Assembly (NCBI GenBank): GCA_965287045.1 | Contig: OZ336874.1 | Location: 53,382,001-53,446,000 of the forward strand | Origin: Carcharhinus amblyrhynchos | Lineage: Eukaryota | Length of the DNA stretch: 64,000 bases | Reading direction: 5' to 3' | Shown: one piece after another, positions 26,880 to 36,870 of the stretch | Layout: each line of letters begins with the position of its first letter | How positions within the stretch are numbered: position 1 is the stretch's first letter | The notes under the pieces: model-generated | Seen by the model: only the letters and a program-made list of their open reading frames with translations | Databases searched by the model: none | Told to the model about the DNA's origin: nothing | Translations under genes and position numbers: made by a program

Positions 26880-27600
26880 ACCTGCCAATGATCTTTTGAA
26901 GTTCAACACTATTCCCCAGCAGCCACTCATAGAGTCTGGATGTTGGCCTGAAGAGGTGCAACACGTGGAACTCAATAGATGAAGGAATTTATCCATTGAG
27001 TTCTGGGTGTTGCACCTCTTCAGACCAACACTCAGACTCCATGAGTGGCTGCTGGGAAATAGTGTTGAGGAATTCACCTACAAAAAAACATTCCAGCTGG
27101 ACATTTATTGAGCAGAAGTCTTTGTTGTTTAGGAATCTGGGCAGCTGGCCTGTCAGTGTCTTGGTGGATATGGGTACAATATTCCTCTGGACCTGAGGGA
27201 ATCTATCAATGGTAGAATACTCCCAAAGACCTCTGCACCTGTGCTGACCCAGCTGTCTCAAAGTGGATGCATTCCCCTGCCCTTCAGAACAGGGCATCCA
27301 TGACCTGCCTGATCGCGTGAGCTACCAACTGTGAAGTGTCACTCAGCTCCACAGCTGATCTCTGGAACAACTCAGATGAGTAAATATTTAAGTGCCACAG
27401 TGATTTTGATGACTGCAGGTAGTGGATTGCTATGGAGGCCACAAGACACCATCAGATTACTGTGGAACAGAGTACAAATGTCCAAGATCATCGGTCTGGA
27501 TAGGTGCAGTCTCCTATGGCATTGGCACTGTGTCATATTTAGGTACCTGATTCTTCAGTGATACACCCAATGTCTTGGGTATCACCTTCTTCTCCTCACA
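26880..27600 (-). pseudogene. PIF/Harbinger (HARBI1-like) transposase remnant
   Basis: Minus strand: 'YLNMTQCQCHRRLHLSR...LPAVIKITVALK...IRQVMDALF...FPQVQ...FLNNKDFCSINVQLEC'. Confidence 0.85.
26903..27068. repeat. 81 bp inverted repeat, 4 nt loop
   Basis: 26903-26983 vs 26988-27068; 10 mismatches by manual alignment, no gaps. Confidence 0.95.
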
Positions 27601-27800
27601 GCCACTTGCTATGCTCCCCTGGCCTCCTCCTGACCAGGTAGATGTCTCTGCTGAAGCTCCTCCTCTCTGCTCTGTCTCCTGCTCCCATCTCAATTCCATC
27701 AACTGTCAAATGTTTGTCCAGTAGTGTTTCCTCGACCTACCTCTGATATCCAAACACTCCTTGTTCACAAACACAACTCTTTCGGCATTCAGCAACCCTC

Positions 27801-27980
27801 TGATGTGGAGATGCTGCCATTGGACTGGGGTGGGCACAGTAAGAAGTCTCACAACACCAGGTTAAAGTCCAACAGGTTTATTTGGAATCGGGGCTTTTGG
27901 AGCGCTGCTGTTTCATCAGGTGAGTGGAGAAGTAGGTTCACAAACATGGCATGTATAGACAATTGTGAGACTTCTTACAG
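27801..27980. mobile_element. Penelope-derived short element (family C) with hammerhead motif
   Basis: Same 'tgatgtggagatgc...ttggactgggg' start as 48151; minus strand CUGAUGA-A-acagcagcgcucc-AAAAGC at ~27893-27919. Confidence 0.75.
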
Positions 27981-28419
27981 CATCCCTCTATCACTGGTTG
28001 AGCAGCTGAGCATTATTCCTTCATTTCTTATATATATTGACCTGTGCATCAGCCCTCATACCTTTCTGGTATGATCTCAATAGCTGCACCCTGATATAAC
28101 CTTTCCCACCTCTTTTCTTCATCTCTCCTCATTGCTTCTCCAGTGACTGTCAATAAGCTCCATAACAAGTTGAACAAGTAACAATATCACAGTTTTCAAT
28201 GCTTGTCTCTACCCAAATTCGTTCTCACAGGTGATTGAAAATCTAGCTCCTGGTATAAGAGAAAAGTGAATTGCCACCCAAAGGTGCAGACCACTTTATC
28301 AGCACAATGTTCTAGCAAGGGTTTCTGCATAAAGAACCCACCTGCTGTTTATCTCCCATTCCAGAAATACCATCACATGCAAACTACTATGTCAGTAGCT
28401 ACTGCCACAGAGAAATCTA

Positions 28420-29950
28420 GAGCTGTAAGTCTGCAGTCACCATAAAGATCAAATTGCTTTGTAAAAAGATACCTGTGCTATTCCATAAGGTTATGTTGAG
28501 CTTCACTGGAGCAAGGACAAAGTTCAAAGACAGAAGTCTGAGTGGAGTGGAGAATTGAAGTAACACGAGGCAGGAATTGGCATTGCACTTGAGGATGGAA
28601 CAAAAATGTTTGTTAAACACTTAATTGGCATTTAGTCTCCCTGAAGTCGAGGAAACTAACCATGGGCAGCACACACCGCATAATAGATAAGAGATAGAAC
28701 ATGAGATTGCTGTTCTCAACCCAGATGGGGTGTTGCATTCCTGAACAGTGATGTGGAAGGAAGTGAAAATAAATCTCCTGGGTTTATACACGAAAGTATT
28801 GGGGAAGAAATGTATGAATAATGATGGAAGAACCAATCAGAGTGTCACTGAAGAAACCACTTCTTTAGAAAGCTGCAGGGGGTGAGGAGAGCAAAAGATG
28901 TTTGATGATGAGATCATGTTGGAAATGGTAGGAAAGATGGAGCTAGTGGGAAGGGAGGACACGAGGGATTCGAACTCTGAGGAGGTGCTGATGTGGGCAG
29001 AGAAATGGAATGGATTCATCCACATTGGTGGTGAAGAATCCTCAGCTGATGGAAAATAAAATTGGAACTTGGCATCCTTAGAACATAAGAACACAGGAAT
29101 GTAAGAACTCAAAGTAGGTTTAACATTGAGTCTGTATTATTCTTCTCCAGAGTGTTACAGTAACTCTGTTTCTCTCTCCACATGTGCTGTCAACCTTTTT
29201 CTAACATTTTCTGTTTTTATTTCAGATTTCCAGCATCCACAGTATTTTGCTTTTATTTCACTGGGAGCAACGATATGTTATTTAGCCCATTCAGCCATTT
29301 CCACCATTCCATAAGATCATGGCTAATCTGACTGTGGTCTCTACCTCACCTTCCTGTCTGTCCCATTACCATTGACTCCCTTGTCAATCAAACATCTATC
29401 TAATTCCACCTTGAATACATTCAATGACCAGCCTCTACTACTCTCTGGGAAAGAGAATTTTGCTGGCAGAAAAAAAAAATCTCCTCATTCTGTCTTCAGT
29501 GGAAGACCCCGAATCTTTAAACTAAGTTTCCTAGTTCTAGACTCCTCCACAAAGGGAAACATCTGCTCAGCATCCATCTTGTTAATTCCCCACAGGATCT
29601 CAGAATGTCATGCAAGGGAGATAGAGTTGGAGAGAAGATAATGGAGTCCCTGCACTGTGTACACTGACTGGTTAATGTTTAATATTATTGGTAACTGCAG
29701 AAGCATGCTGGAATTACCCCATGTCATCTTAACAGCCATTGGTGTTGTGGTGCTGTAGGTGGAGAGGGGACTGACTGCAGATTGGGTTACAGTATGCGGT
29801 ATAACTAACTCTTTGATAGCTTCCTCTCTGAGACAACACCATGTGTAAGCACTGTTCCTGAATCGGTTTGAGGTAGGTCTGGATATTCTGGTTTATGAGT
29901 TCCCGTGTGTCGGTGCTGTGTGTCCCCTGTGCTGCCTAACCAGTCCTCTG
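28420..29950 (-). mobile_element. Decayed Penelope-like element (RT + GIY-YIG endonuclease), interrupted by CR1
   Basis: Minus strand shows decayed matches to 'HKPEYP' and 'QS.YT' (29620-29900) and to 'ETKCQL', 'FNS', 'SEAQHNL' (28450-28700), in Penelope order. Confidence 0.6.
29080..29600 (-). mobile_element. CR1 3' end with a nested family B fold-back arm (29160-29258)
   Basis: 'agaacataagaaca' tail and 'aagatcatggctaatct' UTR; arm 'ttcagatttccagcatccacagtattttgcttttatt'. Confidence 0.75.
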
Positions 29951-30095
29951 CTATGATTTGTCTTACTTCAGAAAACAAAAATATAGAGGTATTCCCAATA
30001 AGAATTCCATTGTGGTTTCTTTAAATTGGGGCTGCAGGAGGAATGGGATACTTGCAGCAGAAGATACAAATATACTTGGTGATGCAGGAATACAT

Positions 30096-30651
30096 GGGGA
30101 GAGATTCTGGTGGGATTTCCCCACACCCCCCAATTTCAGCGGGTGAGCAAACCCGTGGGGATAGAGAATCCAATGGTAGTCCCCAAGTAACTTTTATAAC
30201 AGCCTGATTTCCTGTTGCCATTGTCCCCGCCCCACAACAATGACATAATGGGGTTCCTGCCATGAAAGGTTGGGAACCCTGTTACCATACATTTAAATAT
30301 CATTAGCGGGCTTCCTGCTGTATTATCCCCTCATGTAAGGGCTACTCCCAACCCTGATAGTGTGACATCAGGTCAGTAGGATTTACAACAGGTTTGGACA
30401 AATGGGGACAGGGGCGCACAGTAAATACAGCCTCCATAGGGAACAGAGTCATGCTCGGGCAGTACCTGTACAGGGTCCTTCATTTGGGCAAGATTGGGGT
30501 GGGAGATTGAGGTGTTCCTGAGTTCATGGAAGGGAGAGGGGTTTCCATGGAATATTTCTTTTGTTATATTTATTGTTTTTTGATTTGTTAGGGCGACCTG
30601 GAATAATGAATGCACATCATGTTTCCTCCCACCCTCACTGAAATATTGCCC
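30096..30651. mobile_element. Harbinger-like non-autonomous element
   Basis: Termini 'gggagagattc' / 'aatattgccc'. Confidence 0.45.
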
Positions 30652-31286
30652 AAATACTGAATAGTATGAGAAGGAAAATCCAGGCTTATGGATAAGGAGA
30701 ACTATTCACGATAATTGCATTGATTAGTTGGAGACTCCTATCAGAGCACACCTTGAGGTCATTAAATATATTGCTGTAGCCATGATTTCTGCACAGGACT
30801 CTGTGCAGTTACATGCTTGGCTAACTTCTATCACCATCCTTATCCTGTATTGTGGGCCCAGCTATTAACCGATCTCTGAAAGAATGCAGCTGCCTTATCT
30901 GGAACATTTGATACAGTAATATTTCTTTTCTTTTGACATCTATTCAGCCCCTCAAGCTTGTTCTGCCTTTCAATTAGATCATGACTGATCTGCACCTCAA
31001 TTCCATTTACCTACTTTGATTCCATATCCTCTGCACATTGTAATGACTATGTTGCTATCAGAGCTTTTCATTGACATTGGTGTGGTCTCAGCACTGAGCT
31101 TAAAATTGAACAGTGCCACTTTGTAGGCAATGGAGTTTGCAATGCATGGTTATCCTGTGCCTTTTTGAGGTGAAGTGGGCAGCGTGCAAGCTTGGTGCTG
31201 CCTGATCATCGGCATGAGCTTTGTAAGCAGCTCAGTGTGAAGTGTGCTGCTAACTGGATGCATGCTCAACAGGAAGTCCACATGCA

Positions 31287-31470
31287 TGAATAAAAGCAAA
31301 TTATTGCAGATACTGGAATTTGAAACCAAAAGAGAAAATGCTGGAAAATCTCAGCAGGTCTGGCAGCATCTGTAAGGAGAGGAAAGATCTGACATTTCGA
31401 GTCCAGATGACTCTTTGTCAAATCTTTCAAAGCCAGACCTGCTGAGATTTTCCAGCTTTCTCTCTGTTGA
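31287..31470. mobile_element. Fold-back element (family B) with decayed hammerhead
   Basis: 'gctggaaaatctcagcaggtctggc' inverted with 'gccagacctgctgagattttccagc'; minus strand UUGACAA-A-GAGUC-aucug-GACUC-GAAAUGUC. Confidence 0.8.
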
Positions 31471-31538
31471 ATCCAGGTCCATGTCTGGCCAATATGAGTC
31501 ACACCTAACTCACATTTCTTAAAACCAGCCCACACTTC

Positions 31539-31830
31539 TAAAGTTTGTTTATTAGTCACAAGTAGGCTTACATTAACACTGCAATAAAGTTGTGAAAATC
31601 CCCTAGTCACCACACTCTGGTGCCTATTCAGGTACACTGAGGGAGAATTCAGCATGGCCAATCCATCTAACCAGCACACCTTTGGACTATGGAAGGAAAC
31701 TAGAGCACCTGAAGGAAACCCAGGCAGACACAGAGAGAAAGTGTGGACTCCCCATAGACAGTGATCCAAGCCAGGAATTGAACCGGGGTCCCTGGTGCTG
31801 TAAGGCAGCAGTGCTAACTATTGTGCCACC
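31539..31830 (-). mobile_element. HE1/V-SINE-type SINE, tail B
   Basis: Complete head, core and tail B on the minus strand. Confidence 0.92.
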
Positions 31831-31834
31831 TACA

Positions 31835-33800
31835 CCTCTTAAAGGGGAGGTACAGCCTTCAGGATGCAATAGCTGGTGAAACTATCTTCAAAAGTATTTC
31901 AGAGAAGAAATAGGAATACCAGAAATACTAGAGAAGTACAAGTGGAGCTGCATACCAGAAAGTGGGCTCCAGGTACTTGGGTGCAACAGTGGAGATCTTA
32001 GTCCAGCTGCTGGAAAGGGAAAGACATGTCATGTTTCATGGGGATGGGGGGGGGTGGGGGGGATGCAGTGTTTGTCTAGGCAAAGAGAATTGTAGTTAGT
32101 TAAAGCCAGGCTCTCAAGGGCATCCTGCAAGGCCATCTGCAAGCTCTCCCAATCAGAATCAGCAGTTTCCACTGTCCAGGAATGCACATATTTCAGTTTT
32201 GCATGCATTATTGAAGACAATATTGAACACAGTTTTTCTGAAATTTTATTTGGAGCCTTTTTTATTTTAGGAAAATGAGATTGTGATGCCTGTAGCAGAT
32301 TGATGGAAAGGTTGAGAGTAGTGGATCAGCAGTGACGTGGCAATTTTAAGGTAAGTCCATTTACAGCAATGGGATGCCAAATGCCTCATCCCTTTCTTGT
32401 CTCCATCTTCCTCCTGCTCCTCCTTCTGAAGTCCTTGCTGAAGGCCTGTTGGCAAGGCATGTCCTCAAGAGAGCCAGACCATGTAACACTAAACAGACCC
32501 ACCAAGAATGTGGAGACGTAAGTCCCTTGTAGAATGGATTGCCCTTTCACCAAGCAACTAGGCTCTGGTTCATTGTGTTGGCTTGAACATGGCAGGAATG
32601 GCAGACAGGCACAGGGAAATTATCATGGCTGCTTCCAGGGGAGTGGGCATTTACTGACAATGATCTGTATGGTCACACAGTAGCTGCACATTAGGGCAGT
32701 AAGAGCCTTTGTGGTTTCAGTGCATCTATCTGTTGGCATGCCGGTGGCAGAGTTCTGAGGAATGTGGAGGAACTGAGGGATATTGGGGTTCATATCCACA
32801 GATCTCTGAAGGTTGCAACTCAAGTGGATAGAGCCATAAAGAAGGCTTATAGTGCGTTAGCATTTATTAACAGGAAGTCTGATTTTAAGAGTCGTGGGGT
32901 TATGCTGCAACTATACTGGACGTTGGTGAGACCACATTTGGAATATTGTGTGCAGTTCTGGTCACCTCATTATAAGAAGGATGTGGAAGCATTGGAGAAA
33001 GTGCAGAGGAGATTTACCAGGTTGCTGCCTGGTTTGGAGGGTAGGTCTTATGAGGAAAGGTTGAGGGAGCTGGGTCTTTTCTCTTTAGAGCAGAGGAGGA
33101 TGAGAGATGACTTAATAGAGGTTTATAAGATGATGAGGGGGATAGATAGAGTGGACGTGCAGAAACTATTTCCCCAGGTGGATATGGCTGTTACTAGGGG
33201 GCATAACCATAAGATTCATGGTGGGAGATATAGGAGAGATGTCCGAGGTAGATTCTTTACTCTGAGAGTGGTTGGGGTGTGGAATGCACTGCCTGCTGTG
33301 ATAGTGGAGTCGGACACTTTAGGAACTTTCAAGCAGTTATTGGATAGGCACATGGAACACATCAGAATGATAGGGAGTGGGATAATTTGATCTTGAGTTC
33401 AGACATAGCTCAGCACAACATTGAGGGCTGAAGGGCCTGTACTGTGCTGTACTATTCTATGTTCTATGTTCTGCATGGTGTGCAGAGACACTGCTGTCAG
33501 TGATTCCCTACATCATTGGGAATTCTGCTATCCTGGTAAAGTCACATCCTCACTCCTGCTGCTTCTCACTGTCCATTAAGCAGCAAGAGAGATTTAACTG
33601 AGAATATTTAAGAAAGGGAACATGCAGGGTTCAAAATGGCAGGTCTGCCCACCAGTATGCTTCCAGCACTTGCATAGCATGCTCACATTAATACCCTTAC
33701 AAGCATGGCGACTGTGTAGACTGTGCCTGATGTAGCCAGAAGGGATTCAATTTCTAGCCGCACCGCAGCACCCCACCCCCCAACTTCACCACCAACAGAG
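31835..33800. mobile_element. Decayed two-gene Harbinger element (Myb-like +, transposase -) split by CR1
   Basis: Plus 31955-32040 'APRYLGATVEILVQLLERERHVMF'-like Myb start; minus 'FTRIAEFPM' (~33520) continuing across CR1 to 'NVQLLCDH...PGSSHD...LLGE' (32540-32750). Confidence 0.75.
32757..33472 (+). mobile_element. CR1 (HER1-like) 3' fragment with open ORF2 C-terminus
   Basis: 208 aa ORF 32764-33390 'LVRPHLEYCVQFWSP...TRGH'; (TTCTATG)n tail. Confidence 0.95.
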
Positions 33801-35844
33801 TTACAGAGCCAAATCTTACAGTTTTTTATAATTCATTCATGAGTATTCCAGCAGTTCCCCTTTCAATCATTGCATGTAATTTCCCAGCCACTAATCAACA
33901 AGCTACCAACCCAAGGCATTCATCAGACCTGGTGCCTGCCCACAACAAACTAATTGTACTGAACTTGCAATACAACACCAGAATTATTGGACATGTACAA
34001 ACATTGCACTGCTCAACACATGCCGGTACAGACGACCACCATGAAAATTAGTGTCTTAGTCTCATCTAACAGCTGAATTTGGCATCACGTAATGGAAAAC
34101 TTCTTTCATCACAGCCTGAATCATCTGGTGGAGCAAAATATAAATGACCGGATAAGATGAGGTGCTGTTTGATTTGGTATTGCCTTCAACATGCAAAGAA
34201 AGCAACACCTCATCACATCTGGAATGTTGAATAGCATCAGGTGGGACCAGTTTGTCTTCCGAACCCATATATAGAAACGATAAGCTAACTGAGGTTAATA
34301 AAAAGAAATGACAAATGAAGTACAAATTCAATCAAGTAAGTGCATCATTATAAAACATGAGACACATGTTAAATCTGTTATCGGAACAAGGGAGAATCAC
34401 CTTTGACAGCTCTCTTCATCATTCAGAGATGCCTTTCAGTAATGTTTTTGAGTTTCTGAAATTTTGTTAACATTAATAGTTTATCCAGCTGAGCTGCCTA
34501 GCACTACAATAACCCTGGCATTCTATAATTAGAGACAGGCTGACAGACACAGCAAGACGTGTGTGGTAGAGAATGGTACAGAAAATGTCATGCTTTGCAT
34601 GTTTTAGTTGACAAGACAATAAATGACTTGCGTTCCGTTAATGCTTTTCCCCCATTTATAATTGATCAATCTAATTGAAAGACATATGGTGTTATTTACT
34701 GGTGCCATGATATCAGTTAGCGTGCTTTCAAAACAGGTGCTGAAAATGCAAATGAAAGGCCGCCTGCGTGTATGTGTATTTGTGTGTGGTCTGCCTCAAG
34801 TGTAATAGAGTACCACACACACAGATGGAAAGACAACTTATTGTATGAAATTAGTGTTCATTGTGTAGTTAATGTAAAGTTACACCTGAGCATCAGCTGT
34901 GGTTCCATCTCATTATCTAAACATGACCTAAAAGGATTCGAGATACAAATTAATCAAAGAATCTGTGTGTCGTTTGGACACAAACACAGAATCTACTGCT
35001 GCTGCTAACACTAACACTATTAAAATAGCAAAAATTTAGATGATAGATGACAAAATATTAACTTTCAACATGTGTTTCTAATAAACTTTGGAATAAGCTT
35101 AGTATTTTAGTGTTTTAATGGTACACATTTAGTAAACAGGTCAAATTGTAGGCTTTTAAATGAATCTGTTTTGAGAAAGTTAAAAAATCTATTACCCTAA
35201 AAACAAAGTAATATTACTGTGATTGCTGTTACATCATTGCACACTGCATTTATGGCAGTCTATCCTTGCTGCTGTGCTATTGCACATTACATTTGGTGCT
35301 ATTGCTTTCGTTGCTGCTTTGTTGCCATCTGTTATATTTTATGGCCACCCTATCAATGCTGCTAACGTAGAATATATTACTGATTTCCTCCAATGTGACA
35401 TTAAAAAATGTGTTCCTATGAGGGGTTAATACTGGCAAGGCAGTATTTATTTTAGTCCCTAGTTGTCACAAGAGGTATACACTTTTAAGGGTTAAAAATG
35501 ATCTCCAGATCTTTGAGCAGCAAGTCATGACCCTGGTTGTCTCAGGAGTAGGCAGAATGCAAATTTGATCCAACCTCCTTGCTTACCTGATTGTCACATT
35601 GGTACAAGTCGGTCCTGTGCTGCTGGCTGCTTGAGCATTCAGCAAGGGGAGAACAGTTCATCTCACCTCATGTAGCCAGCCTGCTTTTCTTAAAGACAAT
35701 CTGTCCCTCTTAAAGGTGACCTGCATTGTATGGGAGCTGCTTCTGACTGTACTAATATTGGCTGAGTGTAGCAACTGCACAAATGGAAGATAAGGGAAGG
35801 AAAGGGAGAGACAGCTCATAGATAAATGAATGTAGCACTGGAGG

Positions 35845-35921
35845 CTTTAGTGGTTCAGGTGCAGAGGTGAACAAATGCCATATTTTAACATCTGTTCACC
35901 TCTACACCTGAACCACTAAAG
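35845..35921. repeat. 33 bp inverted repeat, 11 nt loop
   Basis: 35845-35877 vs 35889-35921; 2 mismatches. Confidence 0.95.
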
Positions 35922-35997
35922 GAGGCCCTCAGGAAATACCATCTGAAGGAATTTGGAGCAGGTGATCATGGAGGTTAATGCAGAGAATCTGAATCCT

Positions 35998-36311
35998 GGG
36001 TGGCACAGTGACACAGTGGTTAGCAATGCTGCCTCACAGCATCAGGAATCCATGTTCATTTCCAGCCTCGGGTCGGTTTCTGTGTGGATTTTGCATGTTC
36101 TCCCTGTGCCTGCATAGGTTTCCTCTGGGTGCTTTGGTTTCCTCCCACGATCTAAAGATGTGCGGGTTAGGTGGATTGGCCATGCCAAATTGGTCCTTAA
36201 TGTCAGGGGGATTAACGAGGGTAAATGCATGGGATTATAGGGATAGAGCCTGGGTGGGATTGTGGTCAGTTCAGACTCGATGGGCCTCCTTCTGTACAGT
36301 AGGATTCTATG
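35998..36311 (+). mobile_element. HE1-type SINE, tail A
   Basis: Full head, core and tail. Confidence 0.92.
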
Positions 36312-36379
36312 TATTTAACTTGGCAGCAGTGGTAGAAGTTGTTCAATGATCTTACATGGCTGGTGAAGGTCAGTGAATG

Positions 36380-36505
36380 AAAGAACAATATACTGCAGGT
36401 GCTTGAAATCTGAAATAAGAACAGGACATACTGGAAATGCTCAGAAGGTCTGGTCTGTGGAAAGAGAAACAGAGTCAACATTTCAGGTCACGACCTTTCA
36501 TCAGT
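36380..36505 (-). mobile_element. Family B arm with best-preserved hammerhead core
   Basis: Minus strand 36504-36477: CUGAUGA-A-AGGUC-GU-GACCU-GAAA-UGUU. Confidence 0.75.
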
Positions 36506-36549
36506 GAATATATCTTTTATGACATCTCCTAACCACCGTACCAGCAATC

Positions 36550-36870
36550 GTGGTGGCACAGTGGTTAGCACTGCTGCCTCACAGCACCAGGAACCTTGGA
36601 TCAATTCCCGGCTTGGGCCACTATCTGTGTGGAGTTTGCATGTTCTCCCTGTGTCTGCGTAGGTTTCCTCCAGGTGCCCTGATTTCCTCCCACAGTCCAA
36701 AGATGTGCGGGTTAGGAGAATTGGCTATGCTACATTGTCCCTTAGTTTCAGAGGGACTCGCTAGGGTAAATGCATCGGGTTATGGGGATAGGGCCTGCGT
36801 GGGATTGTGATTGGAGCAGACTCAATGGGTCAAATGGCCTCCTTCTGCCCTGTAGGATTCTATGATTCTA
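36550..36870 (+). mobile_element. HE1-type SINE, tail A
   Basis: Full head, core and tail 'gattctatgattcta'. Confidence 0.93.
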
